Assembly: GCA_965226885.1 (NCBI GenBank)
Contig: CBDDEL010000014.1
Span: 320,001 to 384,000 of the forward strand
Direction: 5' to 3'
DNA length: 64,000 nt
Origin: Opitutales bacterium
GTDB taxonomy: Bacteria > Verrucomicrobiota > Verrucomicrobiia > Opitutales > UBA2987
This document shows positions 57,517-64,000 of this stretch, piece after piece. The position numbers and the translations under genes are program-made. Under the pieces are notes generated by a model, which saw only the letters and a list, made by a program, of their open reading frames with translations, was not told where the DNA came from and did no database searches. Each line of letters opens with the position of its first letter. The first letter of the stretch is position 1.

Positions 57517-57881
57517 TCCATCAGTTAAAAAGATTGTATGGGGCCTTGGCCCGGCTTCCGGCCACCCTGGCCATCGGGCTGGTTGTCATTTACAAGATGC
57601 TGCTGTCGCCGGTTAAAAATGTCCTTTTCGGCCAACATGCGGCCTGCCGGTTTCACCCCACATGTTCCACTTATGCCTGCGAATGTTTTCGCTCTCATGG
57701 GTTTTGGGTAGGCGGCTATTATTCCGTCCGCCGAATTTTGCGCTGCCATCCTTTTCACCCGGGCGGTTATGATCCGGCCCCGGTCCCGGCAAATACTCAG
57801 CCCGGCAAAACCGAAACCCCTAATCAAGTTGGGGCCGAAGACCAAGGCTTTATTCAGAAAGGCGATTTAACCAGTGGATAA
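57513..57881 (+). CDS. yidD: Membrane protein insertion efficiency factor
   Basis: CRFHPTCSTY, RILRCHPFHPGGYDP. Confidence 0.95.
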   Translation: MIHQLKRLYGALARLPATLAIGLVVIYKMLLSPVKNVLFGQHAACRFHPTCSTYACECFRSHGFWVGGYYSVRRILRCHPFHPGGYDPAPVPANTQPGKTETPNQVGAEDQGFIQKGDLTSG

Positions 57882-59757
57882 AAATTATACCCTGGTCGGC
57901 ATTTTAATGCTTGTGGCTGCCTTTGGCCTCTTTTTCCTGCAAAAGCCGGAAAGGGATCGTCTAGCCAGAGAGAGGGCCGAGGAAGCCGCCCAGTTTCAAG
58001 AGGCTGAAACGACCGGGCCGGAAGAGGGCGCAGGATCGTTTCGAGGAGAACCGGGCCAGGCCCCGGGGCCTTCACTGAATTCTTTTTCCGATAAAAACGG
58101 CATAATGGGCAATGGCGGTGATCCCATTATCGGCCAGGCCCAAGCGGGACCTGAAATCGAGACCCGCCCGCCGGAGGAAACTTACATTATCGAAAACGAT
58201 TTGATACGGGTCAAATTCACCACTTACGGCGGCGCCATCAAGGAGGTGGAGCTTAAAAAATATCCCGCTATACAGGGAGATGACGCCCCTTATGTATTTA
58301 ATGAAGGCAGCGATATCCCCGCGCTCAGCATCAGCCTGGCCGGAGCGGATGGATCGGTCGAGGAGTACGCGCCCGCTTACCAGCTTTTGAGTGGAGGGTC
58401 CGGTTCCCGCAAAATTGAATTTACCTATGAACTGGCTGCCGGGGTGGTGCTGGCGCGCTCCTACGAGTTGTCCAAGGGGACCGAAGGGGCCAGCCCTTAC
58501 ATCATCAAACACACCACCCGTTTCATCAATCAAACCCCCACTGTTTTTTCCATCAACCATATATTCGTCAATGTCGGCACCGCCCCCCCGACTGATGCCG
58601 ACAGTCGCCGCGAGTATCTCAACTTCAGTTATTACGACGGCGAAGATTACGAGAAAATCAGACTCAATAAATTCGAAGGCGGCGGATTTTTGGGATTCTT
58701 CAAAAAAGATCCCATCAGCGACATCCAGCTACCCGGCAAGACAGTCTGGGCCTCCGCCAAAAACCAGTTTTTCGCCTCCATCGTGACGCCCGCTCCGGAA
58801 ACGCCCGGCATTGGGATTTTCGCCCGGCCAGCCAACCTGCCCCCTAAAACTCCGCGGGGCGAACCTGTCGTCGGCATCACCGGGGGCATCGAATTCGACC
58901 TCCAAAACGTCAATGCCCATTCCGAACGCAGTCTGGAAATGGACCTTTACGTGGGCCCCAAAGAGTATTCCCGGCTCATCAGCCTCGATCAAAAACAGGA
59001 ATACGTAATGCAGCTCGGATTTTTCGGCTTCATTGGAAAATTCCTCCTCTGGATGCTGCTCGGCCTCAACAACATGGTCGGCAACTATGGCATAGCCATC
59101 ATTATGATGACCATCATCATCCGGCTGACCCTCTGGCCCCTGACCGCCAAAGCCGCCCAATCTTCCAAGAAAATGCAGAAGATTCAGGAGCCGCTCAAAG
59201 AGATAAAGGAAAAATACAAAGACCAGCCCGAGAAAATCCAGAAAGAGACCCTCAAACTTTTCCAGCAGCACAAGATCAATCCGGCCGCCGGCTGTATTCC
59301 CATTTTGATCCAGATGCCCATCTTTTTCGGGTTGTTCCAGATGCTCCGTAGCGCATCGGAGCTGCGCTTTGCCGAATTTTTGTGGATTGAAGACCTCTCC
59401 ATGTCCGACACCATTGCTACCCTGGGCGGTATTCCGGTCAATCCACTGCCGCTGGTTATGGGCGTCACCATGCATTACCAGATGAAGATGACGCCCATGA
59501 ATATGGACAGCGCGCAGCAAAAAATATTCAGAATGCTGCCTTTATTCTTTCTCTTCATCTGCTATACTTTTTCCTCCGGCTTGGTTCTTTACTGGACCGT
59601 TTCCAATTGCTTCACCATCCTGCAACAGTACCTAACCAATCGCAAAAAAGACACCGTAGAAACCGTCGCAATTTCCACCAAGAAGACGGCCCACGGCCAG
59701 GCCCATCCGGCGGCCACCCGCAAAAAGAAAAAATTTAAAAAACCTCCCAAAAAGTAA
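57874..59757 (+). CDS. yidC: Membrane protein insertase
   Basis: GNYGIAII, NPAAGCIPILIQMPIFF, FLWIEDLS, GLVLYWTVSN. Confidence 0.96.
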   Translation: MDKNYTLVGILMLVAAFGLFFLQKPERDRLARERAEEAAQFQEAETTGPEEGAGSFRGEPGQAPGPSLNSFSDKNGIMGNGGDPIIGQAQAGPEIETRPPEETYIIENDLIRVKFTTYGGAIKEVELKKYPAIQGDDAPYVFNEGSDIPALSISLAGADGSVEEYAPAYQLLSGGSGSRKIEFTYELAAGVVLARSYELSKGTEGASPYIIKHTTRFINQTPTVFSINHIFVNVGTAPPTDADSRREYLNFSYYDGEDYEKIRLNKFEGGGFLGFFKKDPISDIQLPGKTVWASAKNQFFASIVTPAPETPGIGIFARPANLPPKTPRGEPVVGITGGIEFDLQNVNAHSERSLEMDLYVGPKEYSRLISLDQKQEYVMQLGFFGFIGKFLLWMLLGLNNMVGNYGIAIIMMTIIIRLTLWPLTAKAAQSSKKMQKIQEPLKEIKEKYKDQPEKIQKETLKLFQQHKINPAAGCIPILIQMPIFFGLFQMLRSASELRFAEFLWIEDLSMSDTIATLGGIPVNPLPLVMGVTMHYQMKMTPMNMDSAQQKIFRMLPLFFLFICYTFSSGLVLYWTVSNCFTILQQYLTNRKKDTVETVAISTKKTAHGQAHPAATRKKKKFKKPPKK

Positions 59758-59769
59758 AAAACTAAAGAA

Positions 59770-60513
59770 ATGTCCGGCCATAGCAAATGGGCAACCACCA
59801 AACGGCACAAGGCGGCCGTTGACGCCAAACGCGGTAAAATTTTCAGCGTCATCTCCAAAGAGATCATCATGTCCGCCCGCCAAAGCGGTGGGAACCCCGA
59901 ATTCAATGCCCAATTGCGAACCCTCATCATTAAAGCCAAAGGGGCCAACATGCCGGCCGATAATATCGACCGGGCGATCAAAAAAGGCACTGGCGAACTG
60001 CCCGGCGTCACCTACGAGGAAATCACCTACGAAGGCTATGCCCCCGGCGGCATCGGCATCATCGTGGAAGTGACCACGGACAACAAAAACCGCAGCGCCT
60101 CCGAAGTCAGAAGCACTTTTACCAAAGCCGGCGGCAGCCTGGCCGGTCCCGGAGCGCTCGCCTTTAATTTCAAGAAAAAAGGCCAGTTCCTCATCTCCTC
60201 CGACAAAACGGATGAAGACACCCTCATGTTGGCCGTCCTCGATGCCGGGGCAGAAGACATTATAACGGAGGATGACCATTTCGAGGTAATCTGCCCCATG
60301 AACGCCTTCGACCAGCTAACCCATGCCCTCGACAAGGAAGGCATCCAGCCCGATGACGCCACCCTGGCCTGGATCCCCAGCAGCCTGATCTCCCTCACCG
60401 ACGCCGATATGGTCAAAAGAATCCTCCGCCTCATCGATGCCCTCGACGACCTCGAAGACGTCCAAAACGTTTACGCCAACTACGACATCGACGACAGCCT
60501 GCTGACCAACTAG
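59770..60513 (+). CDS. yebC: YebC/PmpR family protein
   Basis: MSGHSKWAT, YEGYAPGG, TDNKNRS, DVQNVYAN. Confidence 0.95.
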   Translation: MSGHSKWATTKRHKAAVDAKRGKIFSVISKEIIMSARQSGGNPEFNAQLRTLIIKAKGANMPADNIDRAIKKGTGELPGVTYEEITYEGYAPGGIGIIVEVTTDNKNRSASEVRSTFTKAGGSLAGPGALAFNFKKKGQFLISSDKTDEDTLMLAVLDAGAEDIITEDDHFEVICPMNAFDQLTHALDKEGIQPDDATLAWIPSSLISLTDADMVKRILRLIDALDDLEDVQNVYANYDIDDSLLTN

Positions 60514-60554
60514 CGGCCACGGCCGCGGCGCTCAATAAGCCGGGCTTTTCTTTT

Positions 60555-63282
60555 CTACGGTTGAAGTGGATTAATTTTCTCCTGCGGACGCAGACGAAAA
60601 GGAAAAATTCCATCGCAAACCTCCTGTCCGCTGAGCATTCCGCCGGCTGTATAGAAAACGCCGTTGAATTCGAGCAAACCGCGATGGTCCATGGTGGCCG
60701 TCTCTTTGGGAGCAAAGGTCCGCCATCGCCACTGTTTGAGGTTGTAAGCAAAAACCCGCTTGGAAGGCTCGCTTGGCTGGCCGTTATATCCAATGCCGTT
60801 GAAGTTGTAGGGATTGTCCGAGCCACCGGCAAAGACCACTAACCCGGATATTTCATGAAGGGTAAAGTTTGGCTCGTTATTGCTATTGGAGATGGATTTC
60901 TTTGTATTTTGGGCGGATCGTCTTGATTTTGAGGTGTTTTTCAGGGTGTAGAGACACTTCCCCCTTTCCCCCATTGGTTCGGTAGCGCCGGGGGCAGCGC
61001 CAATGCGCCCTTTAGGTTGGCACCAACCGGCGGGCCGCATGGTTGAAAAGACTGGCCCATGGATAACTTTCACTTAGATGAAAGTGAATCGTTCGGGTGT
61101 TGCGCACGATTACCGCTCCGATCTTGATTAATTTTAGCCGTAGACTGTGGCATTGGAGCCGCGCCCACTTCGTCCCTTTTAATGCGAACCGGCGCAAGGC
61201 TTCCATCAAGGTGTAGGCCAGCCCCGACAAGAGCAATCGCCACTGGTTGGCCCACCATTTATGCGCGCTGGTGCGTTCGCTGAACAATTGCATCTGTTCC
61301 TTGATCCGGTTCTCCATCTCACCGCGGCCACAGTATACTTTGTCGTAAAGCTCTTGGGGATCGCCCTGCAGGTTCGTCACCACGAAGCGCGGGTTGGACC
61401 CCTGTGCGGTGTGTTCGGCTTTGTGGATGATAAGGCGTTGCCGCCGCCACGATTTTGCCCCATACTCGAAGTGCTGAAACAGCCGTTGCTTTTTGCCGCT
61501 ACCCTCGAACCATTGTTTGGCTTGCTCCTGCAACTGCCGGGCCGCTTGCTGCAAGCGTGCATGGCGGGCCGTTCCCACTATAAAATAAACCTCGTTGCGC
61601 TCGCACCACGAGAGAATCCGATCCCGGCAGAATCCGCTGTCGGCACGCCAAATAATCCGCGTATGGGGCCAGCTTTGGCGAATCCGTTTAACCAGCAATT
61701 TGAGGATGGCCCCGGCATGCTTGCTCGCATCGATCTTGCTGGGCCGCAGGTAGGCCACCAGAAGCTGATCGCCGCAAAAAACATACAGCGCAAAAAACAG
61801 TAATGATCATAATAACCGTGGAAAAAACGTCCCTCCTGGAGCCCGTGCACCGGATTGTCGGTGGCGTCAAAGTCCAGGATGATCTCTTCGGGTTCCTCGG
61901 CAAAGGATCCCATGAACTGTTCGACCAGCAACTCGTTCAGGGCAAAGGCTGCCCGCCGATCCTGCCCGTTTTCAAAACGACACAAAGTCGGCGCGCTGGC
62001 CAACGCTTCAGTGCGCCCCGTTACCGTTTGCAACAAAGGATCGCGGCGCAGGGTGTCAAAGTCGTTCAAATCCTCATAGCCCGCCACCAGCCCGTAAACG
62101 CGCTGCCGGATCATGGCCAGCATCTCATGGCGCACTTTGCCCTTCTGCCGTTTGTCTACTAATTGCCGGGCCGCTTGCTCGGTCAAGCCCAACCGCCGAT
62201 CCACTTCCCGGATCAAAAGCAGCCCGGCATCCGAAGTAACCTCACCGCCCTTAAAATCAACCCGCACACGGCGGCCTTTTACCCTTGTCAACTGTAGTTC
62301 TAATTGTTTACTTTTTGTCATCGCTGATATTGCTTTAATGTTTAATCTATCCTGCTGTATATCAGCAGATAAGCATATCAGCGATACTTTTTTTATGAAA
62401 TTTCCGGGCTAATGGGTTTTCCCGAAATGCGCCCGTTGCGGCCATGCGATAACCTGGCTTTCCGGGGTGGGGCGGCAGTTTTTTCCAGCTTATAACGGCT
62501 GGATCGGTCGGATCGATCTGCCCGAGGTAAACCTCATTGGTCATTTCAAATTTCCGCTTACCATCTCCATTTTTAGGAGGCACGATGCGAACCCCGTCGG
62601 CAATCACCAGCCGGTTTTCCACCATGCCCCCGGCATGACCGAAGACGGGGGAGCCGGGATAATCGGTCGCCCCAAACCAATGATCTTTTTCGGTATCGTA
62701 AACCTGGACCAGGGAAACGTTTCCTTTGTCGTGCCATCCGCTGACCAGATAAACATAGCGGTCTTTATAAACAAGGGCGACGGAATCATCAACCGGTGTC
62801 GGAATGGGAGACCGTTCCCCATAGACGGCGGATTGGGGATTATAGGCATGCACCTGCGGTTCGGAAAATTCGGTCCCATCGGCGGCCACGCGATAACCCC
62901 CGAAAATATAAATTTCCCCTCCAACGGTGGCGGCAACCCCCTCCAACCGGCCATGCAATCCCGGAACCGGCGGTAAAACACGTCCTTTTTTGCCCACCAG
63001 ATGATATTCAAAAGCGGATAGTTTTGTATCACGAAAAGTCTTCCCCGGGCACAAACCCAAAAAACTATAAATAACCGGTCTGCCATCGAGAACCGCCAAA
63101 GCCACCGCATTATTGGAAATCCTCTCCGGCAATCGAGCCTGCACACCATCCCCTTCCAAATAGAGCGCCTGCGCCTCGTGATTGAGGGTGTCCCCTTCAT
63201 CGCCCGCATCCTGTGAGAAGGCAGGCGACACACCCAGCAATAGCAATGCGAGCATTGCAAGTGCTGGCGCAATTCGTTTCAT
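60555..63282 (-). pseudogene. Secreted Kelch-repeat protein interrupted by IS1380
   Basis: Signal peptide; IYIFGGY, YLVSGW, VFGHAGG; frame restored (ENPLVVFAGGSDNPYN) by removing the IS and the CTAA duplication. Confidence 0.88.
60843..62408 (-). mobile_element. IS1380 divergent isoform, transposase frameshifted
   Basis: IRs, TSD CTAA; many substitutions relative to the other five copies; frameshift near 61790. Confidence 0.94.
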
Positions 63283-64000
63283 CGTTGGATCGCTAGTATA
63301 CGCGCCGCCCGCTGCTCCAAAGATTCAGCTTCTTCGTCTCGTTTCGTAGCTCGATACAGCGCCGCCAAATTCTCAAGGCTCGAGGCCACATCGGGATGGT
63401 CCGGCCCCAGCGTCTTCTCGTAAATCGTCAAAGCGCGCTTGAAGAGCGGCTCGGCTTGAGCGTATTGGCTTTGGATTCTGTAGAACTCGGCCAGGTTGTT
63501 CAGACCCGTAGCCACATGTGGATGATTGGGACCAAGAGTCTTCTCCCAGATCGCCAGCGCCCGCTTCAAGAGCGGCTCGGCCGGTCTGTACTGGCCTTGG
63601 GTGCCGTAGAGCCAGGCCAGACCGCTCAGGCTCACGGCCACATCGGGATGATCCAGCCCCAGCGCCTTCTCACGGATCGCCAACGCCCGCTTGTAGAACG
63701 GCTCGGCCGGTCCATACTGGCCTTTAGTGTTGTAGAGCAAGGCCAGGTTGTTGAGGCTCGAGGCCACATCGGGATGATCCGGCCCCAGCGCCTTCTCACG
63801 GATCGCCAGCGAGCGCTTGTAGAGCGGCTCGGCCTGTGTGTAATGGCCTTGGTTGTCATAGAGCGAGGCCAGGTTGTTGAGGCTCGTGGCCACATGTGGA
63901 TGATTGGGACCAAGAGCCTTCTCCCAGATCGCCAGCGAGCGTTTGTAGAGCGGCTCGGCCTGTTTTGTAGAGCGGCTCGGCCTGTATGTAATGGCCTTGG
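63279..64000 (-). CDS. Kinesin-light-chain-type TPR (42-aa repeat) protein, partial, probably frameshifted
   Basis: LGPDHPDVASSLNNLA..AEPLYKRALAIREK repeats; 22-bp duplication at 63942-63985. Confidence 0.85.
   Translation of the reverse strand, partial: KAITYRPSRSTKQAEPLYKRSLAIWEKALGPNHPHVATSLNNLASLYDNQGHYTQAEPLYKRSLAIREKALGPDHPDVASSLNNLALLYNTKGQYGPAEPFYKRALAIREKALGLDHPDVAVSLSGLAWLYGTQGQYRPAEPLLKRALAIWEKTLGPNHPHVATGLNNLAEFYRIQSQYAQAEPLFKRALTIYEKTLGPDHPDVASSLENLAALYRATKRDEEAESLEQRAARILAIQR

Overview
Bacterial chromosomal DNA, probably Verrucomicrobiota/Opitutae-like; this is an inference from a DUF4032-type small protein and the style of the pilin. About 33 kb of the 64 kb (my sum of element coordinates) is insertion sequence: IS1380, an IS5-like/ISNCY element, IS21, IS1 (2 types), IS3 (3 types) and IS630. 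Intact housekeeping islands remain (lipoate-ligase-like gene, hisC, CBS/CorC protein, argH; HesB/IscA, pilin, amidohydrolase; tRNA-Ser; tRNA-Glu; rpmH-rnpA-yidD-yidC-yebC), while most accessory genes are broken. Removing the IS elements by their target-site duplications rebuilds a co-directional minus-strand cluster at 44323->24055. It encodes a class III adenylate cyclase-AAA/STAND ATPase-TPR protein, two stand-alone paralogues of only its TPR region, and a secreted subtilisin ending in 12 perfect WAGGRS hexapeptides whose codons differ synonymously. This is the best candidate for an undescribed (peptide-sensing?) system, although every gene is now disrupted. The window also shows a reconstructable excision and re-integration of a DNA circle, a ~3.5-4.5 kb inverted duplication, a glycosyltransferase between two whole tRNA-Glu copies, and many exact 6-22 bp tandem duplications.
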